Assembly (NCBI GenBank): GCA_963845145.1
Contig: CAWJQU010000003.1
Span: forward strand, 1 to 64,000
Reading direction: 5' to 3'
Origin: an uncultured delta proteobacterium
GTDB lineage: Bacteria > Desulfobacterota > Desulfobacteria > Desulfobacterales > QNYZ01
Length of the DNA: 64,000 nt
The notes under the pieces were generated by a model. The model worked only from the letters and a program-made list of their open reading frames with translations, was not told where the DNA came from and made no database searches. Position numbers and translations under genes: made by a program. Positions 28,963-39,032 of this stretch are shown here, one piece after another. Positions within the stretch are counted from its first letter, which is position 1, and each line of letters opens with the position of its first letter.

Positions 28963-30014
28963 AATATGATGATGTATTTATCGACGCGTTCGGATATGAA
29001 CTGGCCCCCAATGTCATTACTTCAAGTGACCTGGAAAATCGACTGGCGCCGGTCTACCAGGCACTTAGACTGAACCAAGGACAGCTTGAAGCCCTTACCG
29101 GCATTGAAGAGCGACGCTTCTGGGATCGCGGGTTCCGCATGAGCACAGGTGCTGTTTTGGCCGGGAAAAAAGCCTTATCCAACGCGACGGTGACACCGGA
29201 TCAAGTAGGCATGCTCATTTATGGCGGGGTTTGCCGTGATCAATTGGAACCGGCAACAGCCTGTGCTGTGGCCGACGGGCTCGGAATCGGCTCCCAGGCT
29301 GAAATATACGATGTATCCAATGCCTGCTTGGGCGTTTTAAACGGCATGGTCCAGGTGGCCAACGCCATCGAACTGGGCCAGATTGAGGCGGGAATGGTGG
29401 TTTCCTGCGAATCCGCCCGACAAATTGTCGAACAGACAATCGACCGGCTGAGCCAGACCCGCGACATGGCCGTCTTTCAAAAATCACTGGCAACGCTAAC
29501 CGGCGGTTCGGGAGCCGTGGCCGTTATTCTACGCCACCGCAGCCTGTCCGGCCACCTGTCCGATCAGGGCGGCCATCGCCTAATCGGCGGTGTGGCCTGC
29601 AACAATACCCATTTTCACCGTTTGTGCGTCTGGGGGCCGGATACGGGGATTCCCGCAACCATGCCGTTAATAATGGAAACCGATTCCGTCGCCGTTCTTA
29701 AAAACGGCGTCGTGTTGGGAGAACAGACGTATCGGCAATTCAAGCAACAGTTTTTAGATGGCGTTGCATCGCCGGATAAAATCATCTGCCACCAAGTGGG
29801 GGCCACCCATCAACGTTCCATCCTCGACATCCTGAAAATCCCCATAGAAAAAGATTTTACAACCTACCGCTATCTGGGCAATATCGGAACGGTCTCTTTG
29901 CCGATTACCATGGCGATTGCCGCCGAACGCGGGTTTTTAGAAAAAAATGATCGGGTGGGCCTCTTCGGCATCGGCAGCGGGCTCAACTGTATTCTTTTGG
30001 GGGTCGATTGGTAA
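28959..30014 (+). CDS. oleA: OleA-type acyl-CoA condensing enzyme (thiolase/KAS III fold)
   Basis: LTGIEERRFW, EPATA, SNACLG, TLTGGSGA, HQVG, GNIGTVSLP and GIGSGLN. Followed by oleB and oleC; ATGA overlap with the upstream gene. Confidence 0.85.
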   Translation: MKYDDVFIDAFGYELAPNVITSSDLENRLAPVYQALRLNQGQLEALTGIEERRFWDRGFRMSTGAVLAGKKALSNATVTPDQVGMLIYGGVCRDQLEPATACAVADGLGIGSQAEIYDVSNACLGVLNGMVQVANAIELGQIEAGMVVSCESARQIVEQTIDRLSQTRDMAVFQKSLATLTGGSGAVAVILRHRSLSGHLSDQGGHRLIGGVACNNTHFHRLCVWGPDTGIPATMPLIMETDSVAVLKNGVVLGEQTYRQFKQQFLDGVASPDKIICHQVGATHQRSILDILKIPIEKDFTTYRYLGNIGTVSLPITMAIAAERGFLEKNDRVGLFGIGSGLNCILLGVDW

Positions 30015-30925
30015 TGGACCGCCCCATTCAATTGTCCCGGGAAGTATTGCGTCTCTATCCGTTTGCATCACACTATATGGATGTCAACGGATTACCGTAT
30101 CATTATTTGGACGAAGGCCGGGGCAGCCCGATCATCCTGCTTCACGGCAACCCGACCTGGTCTTTTTTTTATCGGGATGTCATCAAGGCCCTGTCCCCCG
30201 AATACCGCATGCTCGCCCCCGACCATATCGGTTGTGGACTATCTGCCAAACCGCCCATCGATGCCTATGGCTACCGCCTTAAGGACCGGGTTAATGACCT
30301 GGGCCGATTTATCGATACGCTTGACCTCCGTGACAACTTAACCCTGGTGTTGCACGACTGGGGGGGAATGATCGGAGCCGCCTGGGCCGTCGAAAACATA
30401 CAGAAAATACGACGAATTATTGTTCTCAACACGGCTGCCTTTCTGCCCCCGGCGAACAAACCCATTCCAAAGCGTCTCAGCGTGTTGAGGGATATTAAAC
30501 TATTTGGAACCGGCGCGGTGCTCGGTTTTAATCTTTTCGCCCGCAGCGCCGTTTTTATGGCCCCCGCCAAGCCGCTCACCCAAGCTGTTCGAGCCGGCTA
30601 TCTGGCGCCCTATAACCGTCCGAAAAACCGAATTGCCACGCTGAAGTTTGTCCAGGATATCCCGCTGGTCGTATCCGACCCCAGTTACGCCCAAGTGGCG
30701 CATGTCCAGGCCAATCTGTACCGGTTGGCTTCGATTCCTATGATGATTTGCTGGGGAGGAAAAGATTTTGTTTTCGATCATGACTATCTGCTGGAGTGGC
30801 AACGCCGGTTTCCCGCAGCCGAAACCCATCTGTTTAACCAGGCCGGCCACTACCTGCTTGAAGACGAACCAGCTCGAATTATTTCCTTGATGCAATCCTT
30901 CTTGCAAAAATATCCGGTTCAATAG
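30014..30925 (+). CDS. oleB: OleB-type alpha/beta hydrolase (beta-lactone decarboxylase, haloalkane-dehalogenase-like)
   Basis: HGNPTWSF, DHIGCGLS, HDWGG (Asp nucleophile) and AGHYLLED. TAATG overlap with oleA. Confidence 0.85.
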   Translation: MDRPIQLSREVLRLYPFASHYMDVNGLPYHYLDEGRGSPIILLHGNPTWSFFYRDVIKALSPEYRMLAPDHIGCGLSAKPPIDAYGYRLKDRVNDLGRFIDTLDLRDNLTLVLHDWGGMIGAAWAVENIQKIRRIIVLNTAAFLPPANKPIPKRLSVLRDIKLFGTGAVLGFNLFARSAVFMAPAKPLTQAVRAGYLAPYNRPKNRIATLKFVQDIPLVVSDPSYAQVAHVQANLYRLASIPMMICWGGKDFVFDHDYLLEWQRRFPAAETHLFNQAGHYLLEDEPARIISLMQSFLQKYPVQ

Positions 30926-31041
30926 TAAGATGTTTGCCATTATGGTCACAATTGGTCTGATTCACAACGTAAAATAATGGTGAGTCTGCGCCATTTTCAT
31001 CAGGAGGCGCAAAAACTTGCAATCCATCTGGAAACGATCGA

Positions 31042-32691
31042 ATGATGAGTGATATTGTCAACGTTGCGTCTCATTTGAAAAAGATGGCCCTTTTGAGGCC
31101 GTATCAAAAAGCCGTGATCAACCCGGTGGGTCGTGACGATCATGGCCGGGTTACCTATGCCCATCTAACATTCCGACAGCTTGAAAAAGACACCGATTGT
31201 CTCGCCCATGGACTTGAAGCGGTTGGGATCTCCCGCGGGGTGCGTACGATTTTGATGGTACCACCTGGACCGGACTTTTTTACGCTGATTTTTGCCCTAT
31301 TTAAAGTCGGTGCCATACCGGTGGTGGTTGATCCGGGTATGGGGATTAAGAGGATGATCCGGTGTCTGCGCCATACCGAACCCACAGCTTTTATCGGTAT
31401 TTCCAAAGCCTATATTTTAAGACTTCTCTATCCCCGTTTTTTTCATTCGGTGAACACCTGGATAACGGTGGGATCGTTTAAAATGATGGGCGCGGTTTCA
31501 CTATCCCAGCTGTTTACCCAACCCTGGAAACCGTATCGAACGGTGTCAACCCACTGCGATGAAACAGCCGCCATTTTGTTTACGACGGGCAGCACGGGAC
31601 CGGCAAAGGGAGTCGTGTACACCCATGGCAATTTCGATGCCCAGGTAGCGCTTATTCGCTCACAATTCAAAATAGAGCCTGGCGAAATTGATCTCCCCAC
31701 TTTTCCGTTATTCGCCCTGTTTGATCCGGCCTTGGGAATGACGGCCGTCATTCCTGATATGGACCCGGTTCGTCCGGCTAAGGTTAACCCGGTTAAAATC
31801 ATTGAAGCCATTATCGATCATGGCGTCACCAATATGTTTGCTTCTCCGGCACTTTTGAATCGGGTGGGCCATTTCGGTGCGACCCAAAAGTTTCGGCTGC
31901 CCTCTCTAAAACGGGTAATATCGGCCGGTGCGCCGGTTTCATCGGACATTATCGAAACCTTCAACCATATGTTGACGGGTAAAGCCCGCATCCACACGCC
32001 CTATGGCGCCACTGAGGCCATGCCCGTCGCCTCGATTTCCAGCGATGAAATCCTGACGAGCACACGCAAAATGACGGAAAAGGGAAGTGGCGTCTGTGTA
32101 GGTCCTGCGGTCGATGGCATTACGGTCCAAATCATTCAGATTAGCGACATGCCAATCAACCGGTGGCATGATAATCTAGTGGTTCCAAGCGGACAAATTG
32201 GAGAGATAGCGGTCAAAGGAAACCTCGTCACGCAAAGGTATTACGATAATCCTGCCGCGGATGCGCTGTCAAAAATCAAAGACAACGACAGATATTGGCA
32301 CCGCATGGGCGACCTGGGCTGGATGGACTCAAAAGGCCGCATCTGGTTTTGCGGCCGCAAAGGGCATCGGGTGGTAATGCCTACCAAAACTTTGTATACG
32401 ATACCTTGCGAGGCGATCTTTAATCAGCATCCGGATGTTTTCCGAAGTGCCCTGGTGAGAGTCGGAGGGGCGCCCGAACAAAAGCCCGTTCTTTGTGTGG
32501 AGCTAAAAGAATCCAATAATCACCACTCGACAGAACGTATCGAGGAGGAACTGCTGGATCTAGCAAGAAATAATCCCCATACCAAGGATATCAATACGAT
32601 CCTGTTTCATCCCAATTTTCCGGTTGATATCCGCCATAATGCCAAGATCTTCAGGGAAGAGCTGGCGGAATGGGCCGCCGAACAGGTTTAA
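31042..32691 (+). CDS. oleC: OleC-type AMP-forming ligase (beta-lactone synthetase)
   Basis: FTTGSTGPAKG, DLPTFPLFALF, TPYGATE, WHRMGDLG, WFCGRK and FPVDIRHNAKIFRE. Confidence 0.88.
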   Translation: MMSDIVNVASHLKKMALLRPYQKAVINPVGRDDHGRVTYAHLTFRQLEKDTDCLAHGLEAVGISRGVRTILMVPPGPDFFTLIFALFKVGAIPVVVDPGMGIKRMIRCLRHTEPTAFIGISKAYILRLLYPRFFHSVNTWITVGSFKMMGAVSLSQLFTQPWKPYRTVSTHCDETAAILFTTGSTGPAKGVVYTHGNFDAQVALIRSQFKIEPGEIDLPTFPLFALFDPALGMTAVIPDMDPVRPAKVNPVKIIEAIIDHGVTNMFASPALLNRVGHFGATQKFRLPSLKRVISAGAPVSSDIIETFNHMLTGKARIHTPYGATEAMPVASISSDEILTSTRKMTEKGSGVCVGPAVDGITVQIIQISDMPINRWHDNLVVPSGQIGEIAVKGNLVTQRYYDNPAADALSKIKDNDRYWHRMGDLGWMDSKGRIWFCGRKGHRVVMPTKTLYTIPCEAIFNQHPDVFRSALVRVGGAPEQKPVLCVELKESNNHHSTERIEEELLDLARNNPHTKDINTILFHPNFPVDIRHNAKIFREELAEWAAEQV

Positions 32692-32717
32692 AATGAGTAA
32701 GACAAAAAGGAGCCCTC

Positions 32718-33236
32718 ATGGAACTATCCGGTAAACACTTTATCGTTCTCGTGGAAGAGATGTTTAATGATCAGGAATTTTGGTATCCTTTTTATCGCTT
32801 ACAGGAAGCCGGTGCCAAGGTAACCGTGGTGGGATCGGGTAGTGCTGAAACGTATACCGGCAAGGCCGGCACGACAATTGACGTCAATGCCGCCGCCGAC
32901 CAGATATCATTGGACAAATTCGATGGCGTTATTATACCCGGTGGTTATGCACCGGATCTCATGCGTCGTTCCCCGTCCATGCTTCATTTAGTGAAACGGC
33001 TATATGAAAAGGGAAAAATCGTTGCCGCCATCTGTCATGCCGGTTGGGTGCTCATATCAGCCGGTATTGTATCCAATCGATCCGTCACCTCATTTTTTTC
33101 CATTAAAGATGACATGGTTAACGCCGGCGCCCGCTGGACTGACGAGGAGGTGGTGGTCGACGGAAACTTGATAACAAGCCGAACGCCCGCCGACCTGCCG
33201 GCTTTTATGCGAGCCGTCATACAAACAGCCAAATAG
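32718..33236 (+). CDS. PfpI/DJ-1 family (type 1 glutamine amidotransferase-like) protein
   Basis: PGGYAPD, AICHAG and DGNLITSR motifs; AGGAG RBS. Confidence 0.9.
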   Translation: MELSGKHFIVLVEEMFNDQEFWYPFYRLQEAGAKVTVVGSGSAETYTGKAGTTIDVNAAADQISLDKFDGVIIPGGYAPDLMRRSPSMLHLVKRLYEKGKIVAAICHAGWVLISAGIVSNRSVTSFFSIKDDMVNAGARWTDEEVVVDGNLITSRTPADLPAFMRAVIQTAK

Positions 33237-33243
33237 TGACATT

Positions 33244-33984
33244 TTGTTCAGGGAACATAAAACCCTTTTAATCGTCATCACCATCGGTATCATTTTACTG
33301 GAGGTGGAGATATTTGCCTTTGCGGCCATGAAGACCGGCCGAAAATCCTCCCTTCATATCCTGAACCAACAGGGCACGCTTATCCATGTCACCGATGGGG
33401 AGAACCTCTCCACATTCAATAAATACTACTTCGAACAAACCTTCGGCCCCCTTGATCAATACCAGGTCCGTTTGGTGACTCAAGAACAACCATTTCCTTT
33501 TCGGGCCTGGTTTACGGCTGCTTTGGGAATCCCTATCGGGGCCGTATTGCTGTTTGGTTTTATTGTTCGGGCTTATATGGCGATTATACCTGGGGATGCG
33601 GGGCCAGAACGATCCACGCTGAGAGGTGGTGATGATTCAGCGCCATCCGGTCGATTCATGAAAATGATCAACCAGGCCCGTCGATTGAATATTTTCATTC
33701 TCGGGTTGGTGATATTTCTGATTATCGTCGCCTACTGGATCCTTCCCAATGTCATTGCTTACCTGGGCAAGGTGGGATTGGATACGCTGGTTCGCTATAA
33801 AGAGATCTTTTTAACGGTTTTTGGTGTGCTGACGGCGATCGTCGTATGGATTATCTACCTTCGCTACCTGCTGGCCAAAAAAAGCCTCGCCAGCCAAACC
33901 GAAATCGAAAAATATCGCCTGCAACTTGAAATGACGGCCGGCGATTCGCCATCCCCTCCGGAATTGGATTACAAGCCGAAATGA
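33244..33984 (+). CDS. hypothetical membrane protein (about 4 TM)
   Basis: Long ORF directly after pfpI with four hydrophobic segments. Confidence 0.7.
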   Translation: MFREHKTLLIVITIGIILLEVEIFAFAAMKTGRKSSLHILNQQGTLIHVTDGENLSTFNKYYFEQTFGPLDQYQVRLVTQEQPFPFRAWFTAALGIPIGAVLLFGFIVRAYMAIIPGDAGPERSTLRGGDDSAPSGRFMKMINQARRLNIFILGLVIFLIIVAYWILPNVIAYLGKVGLDTLVRYKEIFLTVFGVLTAIVVWIIYLRYLLAKKSLASQTEIEKYRLQLEMTAGDSPSPPELDYKPK

Positions 33985-34012
33985 CCCTATCGCCCGGGGC
34001 AGGCTGCAAAAA

Positions 34013-35680
34013 CTAGTCGTTTTCAAAAAGCAAATGTAAAATGGGTGCGACAACCATTCTGTTTCCGATGGCTTCATCAAACTGCTTATTCCTCCCGGTG
34101 TGCCACAAAATCCTCGCGCCTGATGAACCTGGAAGATCATACGCCACAAATCCCGAAGCCACTGTATTGACAACAATCTCATAATCACTATCGCCATCGA
34201 TATTTGCGATCGTTGGGGCAGCAAGGGCACCATTGTGGCGAACCGATGAAGATTTGGGTGGTGGGAGATTTTTCTCATGCAGAACATTTCCCCGATAGTC
34301 CAGGATATGCAATTTTCCTAAACGAAGAGCACCGCTTGTTTGTTTTTGGACCCAAGAAGTAAAAATCACTTCGGCTTTACCATCGCTGTCCAGGTCGGCA
34401 ATAACAGGCTCGGAGCTGAACCGGTAATATCCGTCGGCCGGCTTATAAACGCTGTATGGCCAATTAAAGTGTTCCGTCTTATCAAGCCAAAAGCAATGGA
34501 TACGGCCATCATAGGAAGAAAACAAAATTTCTTTTCTATTGTCGCCATCAATGTCCACAACAACCGGATTTGGCTGACAGTTTTCGATCACGTTATAATT
34601 CTCGCTCAGAGGTGCGCCGGTGTTCTTTGCCGGTTCGCGCCAGTCCCATGTGCCTGTACGAAACCGGCTCCGATCCGCATTAAAAATATACAAAGGCGTG
34701 TATTTGCCGGGTGGATGACCAAAAGCACAATCGTACATATTTCCCGTTGCAATAATTTCCATTGTACCGTTGCCATCAACATCAGCCGCAACGGCCGCTC
34801 CGTGGGCAAGATTTGTACGGTATCTTTCAGCCCTGGTTGTGGAGCAATCTCCCCAGCCGCGCAATTCAATTGCCTGACTTTCCCATAAGCCGACCTTTCC
34901 CCATCCATTGCCGCCGTACTGGGAATGAGCGCCTAACTGAGCGCCGTTTGTGTTATAGGCACAAATATAATGAACATCCGATGGAACGATGATCTCTTTT
35001 TTATTATCACCTGTTATATCCGCCACCCAGGCATTATCATTAAAAACACCGTATGCATACCCAGACGTATTTGATAGCTGAGGCCAACCGGCCCTCAGGG
35101 ATCCATTATGTTCATAAACCCAGGTATTGGTTTTACCATAGACCGCCCCGGTGACAATAATTTCGGCTGTGCCATCAACGTCGATGTCCGCTACGGTCAA
35201 TCCCCGTAATTCATTTGCTGCCGGCCTCTTTGGCCAGCCTGGCTGAAAATAGCCATTATGATCATATACCGAAACATAGCCACCGCCATGGGCCGATACA
35301 ATTTCTTTTTTATTATCCTGATCCAGATCGGTGACGACGATACCAGGCCATGTTCGGCCGACATTTGATCCACCTGAATCGCTTCGATCATGGCCTGAAT
35401 TGACTCTCCAGATAACGGCGCCCGTATTCCCCCGAAGTGCAACAATAGAATAGGCTGAAGCAATCACCTCTTTTGATCCATTGCCATCGAGATCCGCTAC
35501 AGCAGGAGAGGCGTACCAGCCGGTTTCACACCAGGATGAATAGCATCCCCCATATTGCCATTTTAAAACAGGGCTGTTCACGACCGCCCAACAACCAGCA
35601 GGCCATAAAAGAGCGATGAAAAGAAATATGGCTGGGCCATAACCATTTGATGTATTGCGATGGTGATGCATACCGTTCAC
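34013..35680 (-). CDS. secreted FG-GAP/VCBS-repeat beta-propeller protein
   Basis: Signal peptide; about seven AD(L/I)DGDG..E(I/V)I repeats; hydrophobic C-terminal tail VVAPILHLLFEND. Confidence 0.85.
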   Translation of the reverse strand: MNGMHHHRNTSNGYGPAIFLFIALLWPAGCWAVVNSPVLKWQYGGCYSSWCETGWYASPAVADLDGNGSKEVIASAYSIVALRGNTGAVIWRVNSGHDRSDSGGSNVGRTWPGIVVTDLDQDNKKEIVSAHGGGYVSVYDHNGYFQPGWPKRPAANELRGLTVADIDVDGTAEIIVTGAVYGKTNTWVYEHNGSLRAGWPQLSNTSGYAYGVFNDNAWVADITGDNKKEIIVPSDVHYICAYNTNGAQLGAHSQYGGNGWGKVGLWESQAIELRGWGDCSTTRAERYRTNLAHGAAVAADVDGNGTMEIIATGNMYDCAFGHPPGKYTPLYIFNADRSRFRTGTWDWREPAKNTGAPLSENYNVIENCQPNPVVVDIDGDNRKEILFSSYDGRIHCFWLDKTEHFNWPYSVYKPADGYYRFSSEPVIADLDSDGKAEVIFTSWVQKQTSGALRLGKLHILDYRGNVLHEKNLPPPKSSSVRHNGALAAPTIANIDGDSDYEIVVNTVASGFVAYDLPGSSGARILWHTGRNKQFDEAIGNRMVVAPILHLLFEND

Positions 35681-35706
35681 CTTTTACGGGTTTTCAGCGA
35701 TATATC

Positions 35707-36939
35707 CTAATCAAGCAATAACGGAATCCAGGTTGAAACCGCAGCCTTTCCGCTATGGATTATCTCATCGGCACCAATATCCACCCGGCCACCCTGAACC
35801 CTTAACTCGCCATCAAAATCATCCTGCAACCCGGTAACGGAAATGCCGCTATCAACGACCCCTTTGACAGGATAGTTTAAATGCAAATTACCACTTGCTA
35901 TATTTTTAAAATGGGACGATTGCGCCGTGGTAACGTTATGAGAAAGTACTGCTGTACCACCTTGCCTTGATGTAATCGCCTTGTTTGTCAGATTGTTTCG
36001 AATGAACCCCCCAGCCGTGGCGGAGAATCGATACTCGATACCATTGGCGTAGTCGTGTTCATGATAGATGCTGTTGTTATATACCTGCGCGGCAGCGGCA
36101 GATTCCAAACCGATCCCCACATCGCTATCAGAATCGCCCGAATCATGATAGATCATATTATTTCGTATAATCCCATTGAGATGCCCACTGCTGCCAAGCC
36201 CAAAACCGATGCCTCGATCGCAATTAATAATGTGATTTTTCTCTACGAGGGTATCTTCCGAAAAAGACCAGAAATGGATACCATGTTCTGAAAGGTCCTC
36301 GTTTTCCGGAGTACACCAGAATTCTGAAATGATGTTTTCTTTGACAACCCAACCCTTGGCATGATGCGCATCAACGCCACCCGTATAACAGCTGCCATTG
36401 ATATCCCAGACCCTTTCCCTGCCCTCCGGGGTTAATTCCAGCTTTGAATTCTTGATTGTACCGTAGTTTACCGAACGGGTTTTGGCGGCGTTTTGGTTGA
36501 TCTTTATGGCCTGCTGGCCGGGATCAATGATATGTATATTTTGAATGAGGGTGCCAATATTATTCTTTGCATCAGAAGGCGTTACATGGATGGGGTGAAA
36601 ACGTGCCCGTTTGAGCGTGAGGTTTTTTATCGTTACATGCGAGCCCAGTATCTGAAATATCTCAGTTGTGACATAATTACCATCAAGAACAACGTCCTCT
36701 CTGTTATTGGTTGAGCCGCTAACGGTCACATTATCGGCAGTGATCCGCAGATAGACGCCGTTGAGCATATATGGGCTTGCGCTAGCACTTATGACAATGT
36801 TTTTATCGCCGCCGCTATTGGCGCTATTCACCGCATTTTGCAGCGCGCCCACTGAAGAAACCGTAATGGCTGAAACAGAAAAAGGAGAGAACGCGATGAG
36901 AAGGCCCAACAAAACCCCTAATAACTTGGCGTTATTCAT
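35707..36939 (-). CDS. secreted right-handed parallel beta-helix protein with C-terminal DxDGxxR...DIGADE motif
   Basis: Signal peptide; IIRNNMIY/VYNNSIY/IRNNL PbH1-type repeats; tail AVSTWIPLLLD. Confidence 0.82.
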   Translation of the reverse strand: MNNAKLLGVLLGLLIAFSPFSVSAITVSSVGALQNAVNSANSGGDKNIVISASASPYMLNGVYLRITADNVTVSGSTNNREDVVLDGNYVTTEIFQILGSHVTIKNLTLKRARFHPIHVTPSDAKNNIGTLIQNIHIIDPGQQAIKINQNAAKTRSVNYGTIKNSKLELTPEGRERVWDINGSCYTGGVDAHHAKGWVVKENIISEFWCTPENEDLSEHGIHFWSFSEDTLVEKNHIINCDRGIGFGLGSSGHLNGIIRNNMIYHDSGDSDSDVGIGLESAAAAQVYNNSIYHEHDYANGIEYRFSATAGGFIRNNLTNKAITSRQGGTAVLSHNVTTAQSSHFKNIASGNLHLNYPVKGVVDSGISVTGLQDDFDGELRVQGGRVDIGADEIIHSGKAAVSTWIPLLLD

Positions 36940-36942
36940 TTT

Positions 36943-38298
36943 TCATCTCAATACCGAAACGCCGGTATAATTTTCGGGGGTTATTTTTAAAAGTTCGGAC
37001 TTAACCGTCTCGGAGATTTCCAGGGTTTCGATAAAGTCGGCGATAAGTTTTGCATCAATAACCGTATTCTTTCGGGTCAACGCTTTTAACGCTTCATACG
37101 GTTGCGGATAACCTTCGCGCCGCAAGACCGTTTGGATCGCCTCGGCCACCACCGCCCAATTCTGATCAAGGTCGGCACGAATGATCTCTTCATTTAATAC
37201 CAGCTTGTTCAACCCCCTTTGGATCGATTTCAAGGCGATCAGGGTATGTGCCAGCGGAACCCCGATATTGCGGGACACGGTCGAATCGGTAAGATCGCGC
37301 TGAAGACGGGAAATGGGGAGCTTGGCCGCCAAATGGGAAAAGAGCGCATTGGCCACCCCCAGATTACCCTCACCGTTTTCAAAATCGATGGGATTGACCT
37401 TATGGGGCATGGTCGATGAACCCACCTCCCCCGCAACGATCTTCTGTTTAAAGTAATTCATCGAAACATAGGCCCAAATATCCCGGCATAAATCGATTAA
37501 AATGGTGTTCATCCGTTTTACGCCGTCACAAAATGCGGCCAGATGATCGTAAGGTTCGATCTGGGTCGTTAGTTGAAGCCGCGTCAATCCCAATACGTCA
37601 TTCACCAGGTTGTCGGAAAATTCAAGCCAGTCGATGGCCGGATAGGCAACGACATGGGCGTTAAAATTCCCGGTGGCACCGCCGAATTTAGCGGTATAGG
37701 GTACCTGTTTTAAAAGCGCCCACTGCCTTTCAAGCCGATCGGCGAATATGTAAATTTCTTTTCCCAATATTGTCGGGGATGCCGGTTGACCGTGAGTGCG
37801 AGCCAGCATGGCCACCCCTTTCCATTGATGCGCCAGATCATTTAGTTTTTCGATTGTTGCCTTGAATGCCTTGGCAACGACGCCTTCCCAGGCCTCTTTT
37901 AGCATTAACGGCAGGGCCGTATTATTAATATCCTGTGACGTCAAACCAAAGTGAATGAATTCAGCGTACGCTTCAAGACCTTGCTCCGCAAAACGATCCT
38001 TTAAAAAGTACTCGACGGCTTTAACATCGTGATTGGTCGTCTTCTCAATGGCCTTAACGCTTTCGGCGTCCGACTGTTCAAACTGCCGGTATATATCTCG
38101 TAGCGGCTCAAAATGGGATTCGGCAACCCCTTTTAGCTGTGGCAGAGGTAAACGGCACAAGGCGATAAAGTACTCGATTTCCACCATGACGCGATAACGA
38201 ATCAGCGCCATTTCCGAAAAGTAGTCGGCCAAAGGTGCCGTTGACCGACGGTATCTGCCATCCACGGGTGAAATGGCATTTAGTGTATTAAATGACAT
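36943..38298 (-). CDS. purB: adenylosuccinate lyase
   Basis: ISPVDGRY, TNHDVKAVEY, HFGLTSQDIN, ARTHGQPA and SSTMPHKVNPIDFEN. GGAGGA RBS. Confidence 0.97.
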   Translation of the reverse strand: MSFNTLNAISPVDGRYRRSTAPLADYFSEMALIRYRVMVEIEYFIALCRLPLPQLKGVAESHFEPLRDIYRQFEQSDAESVKAIEKTTNHDVKAVEYFLKDRFAEQGLEAYAEFIHFGLTSQDINNTALPLMLKEAWEGVVAKAFKATIEKLNDLAHQWKGVAMLARTHGQPASPTILGKEIYIFADRLERQWALLKQVPYTAKFGGATGNFNAHVVAYPAIDWLEFSDNLVNDVLGLTRLQLTTQIEPYDHLAAFCDGVKRMNTILIDLCRDIWAYVSMNYFKQKIVAGEVGSSTMPHKVNPIDFENGEGNLGVANALFSHLAAKLPISRLQRDLTDSTVSRNIGVPLAHTLIALKSIQRGLNKLVLNEEIIRADLDQNWAVVAEAIQTVLRREGYPQPYEALKALTRKNTVIDAKLIADFIETLEISETVKSELLKITPENYTGVSVLR

Positions 38299-38331
38299 GA
38301 CTTCCTCCATAATATTTTTAGCATAAACAAA

Positions 38332-38982
38332 TCAGGGCCTCACCATTGACCGAATCTCTTCGGCGATCTCACGGCTTAATTTGTTGACGGCCAGACTGTG
38401 GGCGGCTACCAAAGCATGGTAATCCGCCCCCAAAACGGGTTCGGTGATCCGGGTTTGCTTCATTCGAGTCACTTCTCCCCCTTCGGCTTTAATCAGCGAC
38501 CAGCGGGCAATCAGTGTGAGCGCATCTCCTCGTTCGCCATCCATCCGAATAATCCGGATTTCCAACTCATAGTCAGCCTTTTTACTTTTGCGCTTCGAGA
38601 GAATCCGAATAGGATGATCAACCAGTAAATTTGACAAGTTTTCCGTTATTACATGAAACAAATGTCCGTTTAGCGGTTCCGCCCAGCGATCAAACTCTGC
38701 CAGCATCAGCTCTGACGCCCCTGTCCGCGTCACGATTTGGGGACGGGCCAGGTATTCAGATACTTCGACAGCTGTAAAGCCGATGGTTAACGGGAAATCG
38801 GCGGTATCGTTTGGTATAATCGCCTTGTCGGCTTGGGTGGGAATCAATTGGGTGGGACTCAATTGGATGGGACTCAACAGGTAAAACCGGGGGGTCGGGC
38901 TGGATTTTCCACCTATGCAACCTGTCAGAAAAATAACAAGCCAAACCAAAGTACCGGTTCGTAAGGTAAACAAAAATCGCAT
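38332..38982 (-). CDS. PqiC-like lipoprotein
   Basis: Lipobox LTGC; FYLL, YLARPQIV and WAEPL motifs. No pqiA or pqiB adjacent. Confidence 0.85.
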   Translation of the reverse strand: MRFLFTLRTGTLVWLVIFLTGCIGGKSSPTPRFYLLSPIQLSPTQLIPTQADKAIIPNDTADFPLTIGFTAVEVSEYLARPQIVTRTGASELMLAEFDRWAEPLNGHLFHVITENLSNLLVDHPIRILSKRKSKKADYELEIRIIRMDGERGDALTLIARWSLIKAEGGEVTRMKQTRITEPVLGADYHALVAAHSLAVNKLSREIAEEIRSMVRP

Positions 38983-39032
38983 ATCCCTACCTCCTATAAA
39001 GAATAGACAAAACGCTTTATGAAACCGGATTC

